DNA of 59,931 nucleotides, the filler included. It is 7 parts of 7 records of this genome, joined end to end, with 100 filler letters (N's around TTAATTAATTAA, not from the genome) between each part and the next. Parts side by side here need not be neighbours in the genome. Positions count along the whole stretch, not along the records: positions 25,989 to 34,907 come from SRR31156797_23964; positions 35,008 to 46,693 come from SRR31156797_23986; 5 more parts are not named here. The stretch is one strand, 5' to 3'. This document shows, in pieces, positions 28,774 to 39,346 of this stretch. The notes beneath the pieces are model-generated. The model did not search any database, was not told where the DNA came from, and saw only the letters and a program-made list of their open reading frames with translations. Position numbers and translations under genes: made by a program. The first letter of the stretch is position 1. Every line of letters begins with the position of its first letter.

Positions 28774-31700
28774 TTAGAAATTAAGATTAATCCTGAATCC
28801 GAGGGTTCTGGAAGTTGGCAATTGAAACTGCTCCAACCCAAGACCATTAAGGTTAGCACCAAAACCAGTTTCAGGGTCAATCCCGATATCATTACTAGAA
28901 TGAGTGTATAGCATAGCCAGATTACGACCTACGAAAGAAATTGAAGCACCTTCAATAAAACCTAGCTTTTGAAGATATTTTGAAGGAACATGATAACTAA
29001 TTACAATCTCACGTAATTTAATGTAAGATCCATCAATTATTGAGTTAGCTTCACGACCCCAATATCCGCCATAATATTTATCAGCAGAAATAACCTGTTG
29101 GTTAGGAGTTCCATCTTCCAATACACCTTCAACAACTAAACCATGTTCGCGAATACCATCTTCGGCTGTTTCTTCAGATACACCTGCATAGGCTCCAAAC
29201 CAATCAGATACACTAAAGATATCACCACCATGGCGACCGTCAATCAAAATGCTCATTGAAACAGTTTTGTACTTGAATGTGTTACGAATACCACCTGTCC
29301 AATCAGGTGTAATATTGCCAACTGCAACAGGAGCATCTGAAGCTAATGGTAATCCGTCAGAACCGATAATCTTATTTCCATTTTCATCATACTGGAAACC
29401 GTTGGCGTAAATTACACCAAATGCCTGTCCAGGACGAGCCTGAATAGATACACCGTTCCACGAACTTGTAATTTGATAAGATTCTAAATCACCATATAGT
29501 TTATTTACTTTGTTCCAGTTTTTAGCCCAATTTACATCCGTGCGCCAGCTGAAATCTTTTGTTTTTATCCACTCAGCGCCAATTTGAATCTCAACCCCTT
29601 TATTTTGAATTTCACCAGCATTGATTAACTGTTTATCATAACCAGAAGCTTGTGAAATATCTATCTGAAGAATTTGGTTCTTAGTTACCTGATTATAGTA
29701 GGTAAAGTCTAAGCTAAATCTATTCTTATAGAAACGCATATCTAAACCAAATTCAGTACTGTTAACTTGCTCAGGTTTTAAACCTACTGGTGGTAAAAGA
29801 CGATATTCTTCAATAGGATCAAATGCAGTAGTAAAAGGGGTAACATTTCCAAATGGATCCTGACCTGCATATGTTAATGATAACTGATATGGATCTGTAG
29901 TATTACCTACTTGTGCCCATCCACCACGCAATTTTGCGAAACTAACTAATTCTTCATCAATATCGATAAGTTCAGTCAAAATTACACTACCTGTAAATGA
30001 TGGATAAAAATAACTCCACTCATCTGAAGGTAATGTAGAGCTCCAGTCGTTACGAGCAGTAATATCAACATATACTGTTCTTTTCCAACCCACAGAAGCC
30101 TGTCCATAAATACTGTATGTTTCCATTTCTTCATCATACATTTCAGTAACAGGATTTCCCTTCACATTGGAAATGGTAAACAAGTTCGGTACAGTTAACT
30201 CTAAAGCCTCTATATACATTGAGCTATATTTATTTTTTCGAAAGTTAGTACCTACAATACCACTTAATGAGAAATCACCAATTTCATGATTTAATGTAGC
30301 AAACAAGTCAGTGTTCATTTCCATATCTCTTCTACCTTGTTGCCAAAATGCACCAAGAGGCGTTTCATTTGAGAGTGCATAGTCTACATGCTTGCGTTGC
30401 TCACTGCTAAAATCAAGACCAATTCGACCTGTAACTTTGATCCAATCAAATATTTCAGCATCTACACTGGCTTTACCAAATACGCGATCTCTTTCGCGAC
30501 TTGTTGTATTATAAAATACATTCCAATATGGGTTATTATGGTAGTTTGTGTTCCAGTTATAAGGATTACCAAAAATATTAAACGTTTGATAATTCGCTTC
30601 AAGGTCTTCCATATTTACCTGGCGACCAAACCAGCCACCAAGAGATTGCATTACATTGTTTGAGCTATATCCTTGTACAGGTAAATTATCACTTTTGTTT
30701 TTCACATAATTTACCATCACATTGGTTTTTAACCAATCTGTCATATTTTGTGTTCCATTGAATGAAACTGAAGTTCTGGTTAAATCAGTATTAGGAATTG
30801 TACCTTCCTGATCAAACTGACTCATTGAGAATCTCATAGCACCTGCATCACCACTATTTGTAATGGTTACGCTATTATCATATGTAACACCTGTTTGGAA
30901 GAAGTTTCTCACATTATCTTCGCGAGATACCCAAGGTGTTGCAATTCTTGTATTTGGATCATTAGGATCAGCTAATGGACTATTAAACTGAGGAATCATT
31001 AATCCGATATCTAATCTTGGTCCCCAACTTTCATCCACACCATCATTCACACCACCATTATTACCATCATAATAATTGAAACCAAAACCCGGGTTAAATG
31101 TACCATCTGCAAATTCCTGATAAGAGTATCCGTCAAAGTTTGCTCCTTGTAATCGATAGTAATATTCACTACCGGCAACACCCTGACCATAAGAGTTCTG
31201 ATAATTTGCAAAATTGTAAGCCTGATCAAAAGTAACAGCTGAACTAACAGTTATACCAATACCTTTTTGTTTAGACTCACCTGTTTTAGTTTTAATAAGG
31301 ATAACTCCGTTTGCTGCACGAGAACCATAAAGTGCAGCTGCGTTGGCTCCTTTCAGAACAGAAATTGATTCAATATTTGCAGGATCAATATCCATTGCTG
31401 CATTACCAAAGTCAGTAGCTCCCCATTGATCAACATCTGTAGAGCTATTACTAATTGGTACACCATCTACAACCCATAAAGGTTGGTTGTTGGTGAAAGA
31501 AGCATTACCACGAATGGTAATCCTTGCTGAAGAACCTACGGCTCCACTGGCATTAGTAATTTGGGTACCTGCAACACGACCCGAAAGAGAATTAATAATG
31601 TTAGCTTCTTTTGCTTCAGCTAACTCTTCTCCTCCAACTTCCTGTACAGAATAACCAAGAGCTTTTTTCTCCCTGGAAATACCCAAAGCGGTAACAACAA

Positions 31701-32010
31701 GTTCATCTAACTGCGTAACAATAGGCTTTAGCTGAACATTAATAACGGTCTGGTTACCAATCGCTTGATTAACTGTTTCCATTCCAATAAATGAAAAGAT
31801 AAGCGTATCGGCTCCAGCCTTTACGTCGATGGAATACGCTCCATCTGCTCCCGTAATTGTACCTTTCTGAGTTCCTTTAACGATAACCGTTACGCCTGGT
31901 AGCTTAGAGCCGTCATTGGCGTCGGTAACAGTCCCTGTAACTGTTTTTTGCGCATACAACTGCATCCCGAGAAAGCACAGGAATGCAATCGCCAATAAAA
32001 ATTTTCTCAT
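28774..32010 (-). CDS. SusC/RagA family TonB-dependent outer membrane transporter
   Basis: N-terminal CarboxypepD_reg-like domain, VVTALGI, IESISVLKGANAAALYGSRAANGVILIKTK, C-terminal Phe. Confidence 0.96.
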   Translation of the reverse strand: MRKFLLAIAFLCFLGMQLYAQKTVTGTVTDANDGSKLPGVTVIVKGTQKGTITGADGAYSIDVKAGADTLIFSFIGMETVNQAIGNQTVINVQLKPIVTQLDELVVTALGISREKKALGYSVQEVGGEELAEAKEANIINSLSGRVAGTQITNASGAVGSSARITIRGNASFTNNQPLWVVDGVPISNSSTDVDQWGATDFGNAAMDIDPANIESISVLKGANAAALYGSRAANGVILIKTKTGESKQKGIGITVSSAVTFDQAYNFANYQNSYGQGVAGSEYYYRLQGANFDGYSYQEFADGTFNPGFGFNYYDGNNGGVNDGVDESWGPRLDIGLMIPQFNSPLADPNDPNTRIATPWVSREDNVRNFFQTGVTYDNSVTITNSGDAGAMRFSMSQFDQEGTIPNTDLTRTSVSFNGTQNMTDWLKTNVMVNYVKNKSDNLPVQGYSSNNVMQSLGGWFGRQVNMEDLEANYQTFNIFGNPYNWNTNYHNNPYWNVFYNTTSRERDRVFGKASVDAEIFDWIKVTGRIGLDFSSEQRKHVDYALSNETPLGAFWQQGRRDMEMNTDLFATLNHEIGDFSLSGIVGTNFRKNKYSSMYIEALELTVPNLFTISNVKGNPVTEMYDEEMETYSIYGQASVGWKRTVYVDITARNDWSSTLPSDEWSYFYPSFTGSVILTELIDIDEELVSFAKLRGGWAQVGNTTDPYQLSLTYAGQDPFGNVTPFTTAFDPIEEYRLLPPVGLKPEQVNSTEFGLDMRFYKNRFSLDFTYYNQVTKNQILQIDISQASGYDKQLINAGEIQNKGVEIQIGAEWIKTKDFSWRTDVNWAKNWNKVNKLYGDLESYQITSSWNGVSIQARPGQAFGVIYANGFQYDENGNKIIGSDGLPLASDAPVAVGNITPDWTGGIRNTFKYKTVSMSILIDGRHGGDIFSVSDWFGAYAGVSEETAEDGIREHGLVVEGVLEDGTPNQQVISADKYYGGYWGREANSIIDGSYIKLREIVISYHVPSKYLQKLGFIEGASISFVGRNLAMLYTHSSNDIGIDPETGFGANLNGLGLEQFQLPTSRTLGFRINLNF

Positions 32011-32282
32011 AATACAATAACTTATTTTAGTGTCCTGCTAATTTATCAGATTATATTTTAAAAAGCAATGTTTTTTTAACATTATTTTAACCTCCCCTTA
32101 ACTATTTTTTATGAAATGACTAGATTACAAATTCTTACATCTCTTATTTTAAATAAATTCTACATCCTATTTAGAATCAATATACCATAGGTAACTAATT
32201 AATAACCATATTATCATTTTAAATACAACTAATAAAATAGTATCTTCGCAAAACATGTTTAGCCAATGTAAATTCCAAAATT

Positions 32283-33551
32283 ATGAATGTATTGATATTA
32301 GGCTCAGGTGGCCGTGAGCATACGATAGCGTGGAAATTAAGTCAAAGCAATAAAGTAAAAAATTTAATTATTGCACCCGGAAACGGAGGTACTGAAAGCT
32401 GCGGTGAAAATATTACTATTGATATTTCTGATTTCGATGCCATTAAAGAACTGGCATTAGAAAAAGATATAAATATAGTGATCGTAGGACCTGAAGCTCC
32501 ACTAGTAGAGGGCATCGCAGACTTTTTCAAAAATGAAGAAGCATTAAATCATGTTAGCGTAGTTGGGCCAACTCGTGCAGGAGCTGAGCTCGAAGGCAGT
32601 AAAGACTTTGCCAAAAGATTTATGATGGACTTTAACATACCCACTGCAAAGTATCAATCATTCACAAAATACACCCTTACTGACGGCTATAAATTTCTTG
32701 AATCATTGCAAAGTCCTTATGTTTTGAAAGCTGATGGACTAGCCGCAGGAAAAGGTGTGTTAATTATTGAAGATTTGGAAGAAGCACAAATAGAGCTTCA
32801 GAATATGCTTGAGGGAAAATTTGGAGAAGCAAGCTCGGTGGTAGTCATCGAAGAGTTTTTACAAGGTATTGAAGTTTCATGCTTCTGCTACACCAATGGC
32901 AATGACTACGTGATGCTTCCCGAAGCCAAAGACTATAAACGTATTGGAGAGGGTGATACTGGGCTAAACACAGGCGGAATGGGTTCTATCTCACCTGTTC
33001 CTTTTGCTGACGAGACTTTTAAAAAGAAAGTAAAGGAAAGAATCGTAGAGCCCACCATTCGCGGACTACAGCAACGTGGAATTGATTATCATGGATTTAT
33101 CTTTTTTGGATTAATGAGTGTAAACAACGAGCCGTATGTAATTGAATACAACGTGCGACTTGGGGACCCGGAAACAGAGTCCATTCTTCCCCGAATCAAC
33201 AATGACCTTATGGATATGTTTGAAGCGGGCATTAACGATACACTTGGTAAATTTAAGCTAGATATTAATCCGCAAACAGCTGCTGCTGTAATGCTGGTAT
33301 CCGGAGGATATCCAGGCAGCTACGAAAAAGGCAAAGAAATAACCAACATACCTAAAAACTCTAATAGTATTATTTTACATGCAGGAACAAAAAAAGATGA
33401 AGGTAAAATACTTACAAATGGTGGACGGGTAATGGCCATAACCAGTCTCAAAAATAACATGCAAGAAGCACTGGAAGCTTCAATGCAATTAGCAGAAAGT
33501 ATAGCATTCGATAAGAAATACTATCGCAAAGATTTAGGTTTCGATTTGTAA
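32283..33551 (+). CDS. purD: Phosphoribosylamine--glycine ligase
   Basis: LGSGGREH, VGPEAPL, LEGSKDFAK, KADGLAAGKGV, NTGGMG, EYNVRLGDPE. Confidence 0.97.
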   Translation: MNVLILGSGGREHTIAWKLSQSNKVKNLIIAPGNGGTESCGENITIDISDFDAIKELALEKDINIVIVGPEAPLVEGIADFFKNEEALNHVSVVGPTRAGAELEGSKDFAKRFMMDFNIPTAKYQSFTKYTLTDGYKFLESLQSPYVLKADGLAAGKGVLIIEDLEEAQIELQNMLEGKFGEASSVVVIEEFLQGIEVSCFCYTNGNDYVMLPEAKDYKRIGEGDTGLNTGGMGSISPVPFADETFKKKVKERIVEPTIRGLQQRGIDYHGFIFFGLMSVNNEPYVIEYNVRLGDPETESILPRINNDLMDMFEAGINDTLGKFKLDINPQTAAAVMLVSGGYPGSYEKGKEITNIPKNSNSIILHAGTKKDEGKILTNGGRVMAITSLKNNMQEALEASMQLAESIAFDKKYYRKDLGFDL

Positions 33552-33571
33552 AATTTAATTTTGTTTAAATC

Positions 33572-34543
33572 ATGTTTGTTCGTTTACTGAAAGGACCTCA
33601 ACCCTCAAATATTCTTTTAATTGTTTTATTCAGTATTTTATTATGGCTAAAGCTATTTTGGACGCATGATTTTGCTTCTCAAAAGTATTTTGCTCCTTTT
33701 TTAAATGTAGACTTTCTACATTTTGAAAGGCACACTTTTATAAGTTCTTTCATTTTATTTGCACTTATCATATTTGAGGCATTTTATATGGTAAGACTCA
33801 ATTTCAAGTACATTTTTATTGACAGAAGAACTTATTTTCCGGCCATTGTTTATGTAATGTGGATGACTTTAATGGTTGGAAGTAGTTATTTCAATGCCGC
33901 AGTAATTGCTAATTTCTTAATTATAGTTGCATTTGAAGATATACTCCAAACAGATATTGGCAAGCTTAATATTAAAGCATTATTCAAAACAGGTATTCTT
34001 ATAGGATTGGCTTCCTTCTTCTATTGGCCAGTGGTACTTGTAATATTTCCATTTTGGTTTATCACCCTTATTTTGCATGGATTAAACTGGAGGGGTATGG
34101 CAATACAAATTATTGGTACAATAGTTCCGTGGATGTTTGTAGCAGTGTTTTATTTCTTAACAGACCAAAATGAAATATGGATGTCTTTATGGCAAAAATT
34201 ATCTGCAAACCATGAGCTACCTCTTGGAAAGGATATGACATCCATTAGGCTATACATTTTGATCTTTTTATTAATAAGTGCCATGTTTTACCATTTCACG
34301 CATTTAATTGATAAAAAAATCATCATCAGAAAGTATTATACAGGGTTGTTCTGGTTTTTACTTACTATAACCACTATGGTTTTAGTGATACCCGCAGCAG
34401 GTCAGGCTGGTGTTACATTGGCTGCAATACCAGCTACTATTTTCTTATCGAACCAATACCTGGTAACGAAAAATAAGTTTTTCCCGGAAGTAAATTTTAG
34501 TCTATTATCAGCAGCGGCAATAATTTGGGTTATTTTGTATTAA
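33572..34543 (+). CDS. Polytopic membrane protein (DUF6427-like)
   Basis: 323 aa with multiple hydrophobic segments, directly after purD, as recalled for Bacteroidota. Confidence 0.6.
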   Translation: MFVRLLKGPQPSNILLIVLFSILLWLKLFWTHDFASQKYFAPFLNVDFLHFERHTFISSFILFALIIFEAFYMVRLNFKYIFIDRRTYFPAIVYVMWMTLMVGSSYFNAAVIANFLIIVAFEDILQTDIGKLNIKALFKTGILIGLASFFYWPVVLVIFPFWFITLILHGLNWRGMAIQIIGTIVPWMFVAVFYFLTDQNEIWMSLWQKLSANHELPLGKDMTSIRLYILIFLLISAMFYHFTHLIDKKIIIRKYYTGLFWFLLTITTMVLVIPAAGQAGVTLAAIPATIFLSNQYLVTKNKFFPEVNFSLLSAAAIIWVILY

Positions 34544-34794
34544 TCCAGCTTTTGAGTTTCAATGCGCTTGCCTCCTGCCGGATCTTTAGGAGGGTTTTCA
34601 AGGAGATTATTTAAATCTGTCACAAACTGCTCAATATCAGCATCTCCAAATCCCTTTTCTTTTGCAGCTTCTTCCAATGTACCCCAAATTGGTTCACCGC
34701 AGGCAATACATTTTATTCCCTGATCCATCATATATTTTACAGATCCAGGTACCGTATCGACTAAATCTTCAATTGATATATTTTTTGTAACCAT
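34540..34794 (-). CDS. DUF1858-like small protein
   Basis: GIKCIACGEPIWGTLEEAAKEKG motif. Confidence 0.75.
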   Translation of the reverse strand: MVTKNISIEDLVDTVPGSVKYMMDQGIKCIACGEPIWGTLEEAAKEKGFGDADIEQFVTDLNNLLENPPKDPAGGKRIETQKLD

Positions 34795-34907
34795 AATATC
34801 TATATATTTTTATGTTTAAATATACAAGAAATATTCCAAAGAAATGCTTCAACCTTCCAAATTGTAACTTTCAAACCTGAAATGCCGAAAAATAAAAAAT
34901 CTATGAT

Positions 34908-35007
34908 NNNNNNNNNNNNNNNNNNNNNNNNNNNNNNNNNNNNNNNNNNNNTTAATTAATTAANNNNNNNNNNNNNNNNNNNNNNNNNNNNNNNNNNNNN
35001 NNNNNNN
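34908..35007. other. Artificial contig spacer
   Basis: N-run + TTAATTAATTAA + N-run. Confidence 0.97.
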
Positions 35008-37607
35008 CTGCCTTGGAAACGGAAACTGTTGCACAAGCGGTTAATAGATGCCTGACGCCAGCTGATGCTGGATTATCTCTAAAAAAGATCGACGCTACAG
35101 GAGAAGTTGAAGTTTCAACTGAACGTGTCTTTATGGAGGAGAAGATCTCGAAGACACTAAAAAAACTTCCGGGCGCAACTCCAATCCTAACCTATTTTGT
35201 TAATGCGATTGAGAAGACCGGGGCTAATAACCAGAAGCTGGAAACTCAGAATACTAATAACCAATTTTCAACTGTACCTTATTCCTTTGTTTCATCGTTA
35301 AGCCTTCCGCAACTTAAAGTAAATGAAATAATCCTCAACAGTTGGGCAGCCAACGATTTAAATGTGATAGTTGGAGAGAAGGTTGTGTTGAAATATTTCG
35401 AAATCGGTCCTTTGCGTAAGTTAGTGAACCGAGAAGCCGGGTTTGTTGTAAAAGAAATAATTTCAATGGATACGGAGTTGGCAGATCCTACAAGAGTTCC
35501 TCATTTACCGGGACTTTCAGATGCCGGACATTGCCGGGAATGGGAAGCCGGTGTGCCGATAGATTTAGATGCTATTCGGGAAAAAGACGAAAAATACTGG
35601 GACGATTACAAAGGAACGCCCAAGGCTTTCATTTCAACTGAGAAAGCATTGGAGCTTTGGTCGAACCGCTTTGGGGATTACACTGCAGTACGTTATCCAC
35701 TTGCTTCGTTTGAAGAAAAAGAATACAACGAAATATTTGCACGAGAGATTTCTCCGGCAGATCTGGGGATGGTAGTTGAACCTATTCGTGAACAAGGTAT
35801 TCATGCTGCACAAAGCGGTACCGATTTTAGTGGCCTTTTTATTGGGTTGAGTTTCTTTATCTTGGCTGCTTCTATCATTTTAACAGCTTTGTTGTTTCGG
35901 TTTAATCTTGAAAATAGGTCAATTCAGGTTGGTTTGCTTTCGGCGTTGGGATTTCAGCCCAAACAGGTTCGTAATTTTTATCTTTCAGAAGGATTTGTAG
36001 TAGCCCTGTTTGGAGGAATAGTTGGATTGGTTTGTTCCATTTTTTATACGCAACTGGTTTTTAAAATCCTCAATTCGCTTTGGTTTGATATTGTAAGGAC
36101 AAATGTGCTGGAAATAAAAATCTTGCCGTTAACATTGTTGTTGGGACTTGCCATTGGGGTGTTGGTGTCGCTTGGCGCAATTTATATATCTGTTTTTCGA
36201 TTTCAGAATCGAAAAACGGCGGAGCTGCAAAAACAATCTGTGGTAAAATCGGACTCGGCAAAAAATGTAGCATTCTGGGTAATTATGTTTCTTTCATTGG
36301 GAATTGCAGCCGGAGTGTTTATTTCTGAAATGATCTCAGAACAGTTAAATCCTGCGATGTTTTTTTTAGCAGGAGGATTAATGTTAATAGGTTTGCTGCT
36401 GTTTTTCAGAAGAATTGTTATTCAGCAAGAATTGAAAAGTAAACCACTTCAGTTTACACGTCTTGCACAAATTAACCTATCACGAAATATAAACCGTTCT
36501 TTAACCGTAGTTATTTTATTTTCACTTGGTACTTTCCTGGTGGTGTCAACCGGTTCCAATAAGCTCGATTTGTTTGCCGATGCTCAGGAAAAATCAAGTG
36601 GGACGGGAGGTTTTCTGTATTTTGCTGAAACAACTATGCCAGTACTATTTGATGTGAACGATGAGGAAAAGAGGGCTGAAGAAGGAATTTATGAAGATTT
36701 TTCACTCGTTCAATTCCGAAAAGCAGATGGTGATGATGCCAGTTGTTTGAACCTTAACCGGATTGCCCAACCTGCTATTTTAGGTGTTAAGCCGGAGGAG
36801 TTAACTGAACGATTCGCTTTTGCCACTAAATTGAAAGGTATAGAAGAGGAACCCTGGCAAATTTTGGATAATGATTTTGAAGATGGGACCATACCCGCAA
36901 TTGCTGATCAAACAGTAATTCAATGGGGGCTTGGAATGAAGGTGGGAGATGTTTTGTTGTATCAGAATGAATTAGGTGATACGTTACGCTTAAAGCTAAT
37001 AGCCGGAACAACTCCTTCTATTTTTCAGGGATATGTAATTATTTCGAACAAACAATTTCTGAAAAATTACCCAAGCAACAGTGGTTCTAATTTGTTTTTA
37101 GTTGATGGTTTAAAAGATAAGGAAAATGAGATTGCTGGTGAACTTCAATCTGTATTTCGCGATTATGGTTGGGAAATGGAGAGCACAGCAAAACGACTGG
37201 TTGAATTTTACTCCGTAACAAATACCTATCTTTCTATATTTTTAGCATTGGGAGCTCTGGGATTGATACTTGGAACCATTGGTCTGGCAGTAATCCTTGC
37301 ACGAACCATCCTGGAGCGTCGTCGCGAAATTGCCTTAATGCAAGCTGTAGGATTTTCAGATAAATCAATTTTTAGTACCCTGGTGAACGAATACCTTATA
37401 CTGCTTTTTGTCGGTGTTTTAATTGGTTTTATAAGCGCCGCAGTTGCCACGCTTCCGGCATTTTTGTCAACCAATACCAATGCTTCAATTGCAACAGTGG
37501 GGATTGTGGTTGTACTCATCTTGTTTAATGGCCTGATTTGGATTGCTGGATTAAGCTGGGTTTCGTTACGGAAAAAGATATTGGTAATGGGGCTAAGGGT
37601 TGAATAG
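35008..37607 (+). CDS. Large FtsX-like ABC permease (5' end truncated by contig start)
   Basis: Two permease repeats (ENRSIQVGLLSALGF; ERRREIALMQAVGF). The frame appears open from the contig edge. Confidence 0.85.
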
Positions 37608-37679
37608 GGGGTGAGTAGCGCAGTTTTTCATTCGCAATTAAAACTGTAACTTTAGCATTGTAATTTTAAAAATATAGCA

Positions 37680-38153
37680 GTGAACAATCATAAAAAATTC
37701 ATGCAGGTCGCCATTGACTTAGCTCAAAGTGGGATGGAGGAAAATTCAGGAGGCCCATTCGGGGCAATTGTGGTAAAAGACAATGAAATAATTGCTAAGG
37801 GATTTAACCGGGTAACATCAACCAATGATCCAACAGCACATGCCGAGATTGTTGCAATTCGCGAGGCTTGCCGGGTTTTAAATACTTTTCAGCTTGACGA
37901 TTGTATTATTTATACTTCGTGTGAACCTTGCCCAATGTGTTTGGGAGCCATCTATTGGGCACGTCCAAAGAAAGTGTTTTTTGGGGCAACAAAAGAGGAT
38001 GCTGCTTCCATTCATTTTGACGATCATTTTATTTATGATGAAATAGATCTGGACTTTGATAAGCGCCAGATAGGTTTTGAGAATATGATGCGCGATGAGG
38101 CCAGAATGGTATTTAAGGCCTGGGAAAGAAAAACAGATAAAACCGAATATTGA
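37680..38153 (+). CDS. Nucleoside/guanine deaminase (CDA fold)
   Basis: GGPFGA, NDPTAHAE, SCEPCPMC. Confidence 0.92.
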   Translation: MNNHKKFMQVAIDLAQSGMEENSGGPFGAIVVKDNEIIAKGFNRVTSTNDPTAHAEIVAIREACRVLNTFQLDDCIIYTSCEPCPMCLGAIYWARPKKVFFGATKEDAASIHFDDHFIYDEIDLDFDKRQIGFENMMRDEARMVFKAWERKTDKTEY

Positions 38154-38175
38154 TCGGATTTTCTATTTTTAAGGT

Positions 38176-39162
38176 ATGTCAACAAAGGAAGACCATCAAA
38201 AAAAGCAAATTCAGGAACTTGAAACGCAATTGTCGAGATTAAAAATTGAGCTGGAGAATGTAAAGTTTCAGGAGGAAAGGGAGCGGCAACAGCGGGAATA
38301 CTTCCAGTTGATAGCCGATTTTGCTTTTGCATGGGAGTTGTGGTTCGAGCCGAATGGAAGTATAAAATACTGCTCCCCTTCGTGCTATGATTTGAGCGGA
38401 TTCTCTTCAAATCAAATAATCGCCTCAACGGGTATATGCGATTTGCTTGTTTACGAAATAGATAAAGAAAAATATACAACATTTTTACAGGAAGCACTCG
38501 ATCAAACCCTTGTTAATCAGTCTCTGGAGTTTCGTGTTTTAACCCGTACCAAGCAACTGCGCTGGTGTTTAATGAGTGTGCGCGGTGTGTACAACAAGCA
38601 GGGGAAATACCTTGGGATACGTGCATCCGTTCAGGATATTACAAGATTAAAACATGCAATGGGGCATATTTCAGAGCTCGAAAAAAGTAAAGAATATGAT
38701 CTGCGAAATAAACAACGATTGCAAACTGCCCTGGAATTAAAAGACCGGGAACTGGTGTCCTTTCTTTTGCAATTATCACAGAAGAACGAGTTGCTAAGTA
38801 AAGCTTCTAACCTGCTGCAAAACTCATCTGCTTCTAATGTAGAAGAGGCGCTGAACGTTCTGGGAAAATTGAAAAATATACTCGGTGCAAATATTTCACA
38901 ACCTATAGACTGGGCCATGGTTGAAAACCAGGTTGAAAAAATACATCCCGGATTTTTAGATCGGCTTCAGAAACGTCATCCGAATATCACTGTAAACGAT
39001 AAAAAGCTATGCTCTTATATTCGCCTGGGATTGGCAAGTAAGGAAGTTGCCGGTCTTTTAAATATAACACCCAAAAGTGTTGAGATTTCCCGTGTAAGAC
39101 TACGAAAAAAGATGAAACTTGATTCCAAAGTGCGTCTTTTAAACTACTTGTCCCGATTGTGA
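38176..39162 (+). CDS. PAS-domain / LuxR-type HTH transcriptional regulator
   Basis: N-terminal coiled coil, PAS/PAC (YCSPS..GIRASVQDIT), C-terminal SKEVAGLLNITPKSVEISRVRLRKK. Confidence 0.85.
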   Translation: MSTKEDHQKKQIQELETQLSRLKIELENVKFQEERERQQREYFQLIADFAFAWELWFEPNGSIKYCSPSCYDLSGFSSNQIIASTGICDLLVYEIDKEKYTTFLQEALDQTLVNQSLEFRVLTRTKQLRWCLMSVRGVYNKQGKYLGIRASVQDITRLKHAMGHISELEKSKEYDLRNKQRLQTALELKDRELVSFLLQLSQKNELLSKASNLLQNSSASNVEEALNVLGKLKNILGANISQPIDWAMVENQVEKIHPGFLDRLQKRHPNITVNDKKLCSYIRLGLASKEVAGLLNITPKSVEISRVRLRKKMKLDSKVRLLNYLSRL

Positions 39163-39319
39163 TATTAAGTATTTAGTCTGGTGGAGTGATTTTGTGTTAG
39201 GTATTTGTGGTGTGTAAAAAGCAGTAGTACAGATTTGTATGTAAAATATGATGTGTTTGAGCATGTTTGGTGAGTGGAGATGTTAGGTTTTTGATTTGGA
39301 TGTTAGAAGTGTTTTGTCA

Positions 39320-39327
39320 TAAATTTG
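39320..39327 (+). promoter_or_regulatory. Bacteroidota sigmaA -7 element for the DUF4954-glmS genes
   Basis: TAAATTTG matches TAnnTTTG, with TTTG (-33) elements upstream. Confidence 0.55.
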
Positions 39328-39346
39328 AAGTTAAAAATACTCAGAT

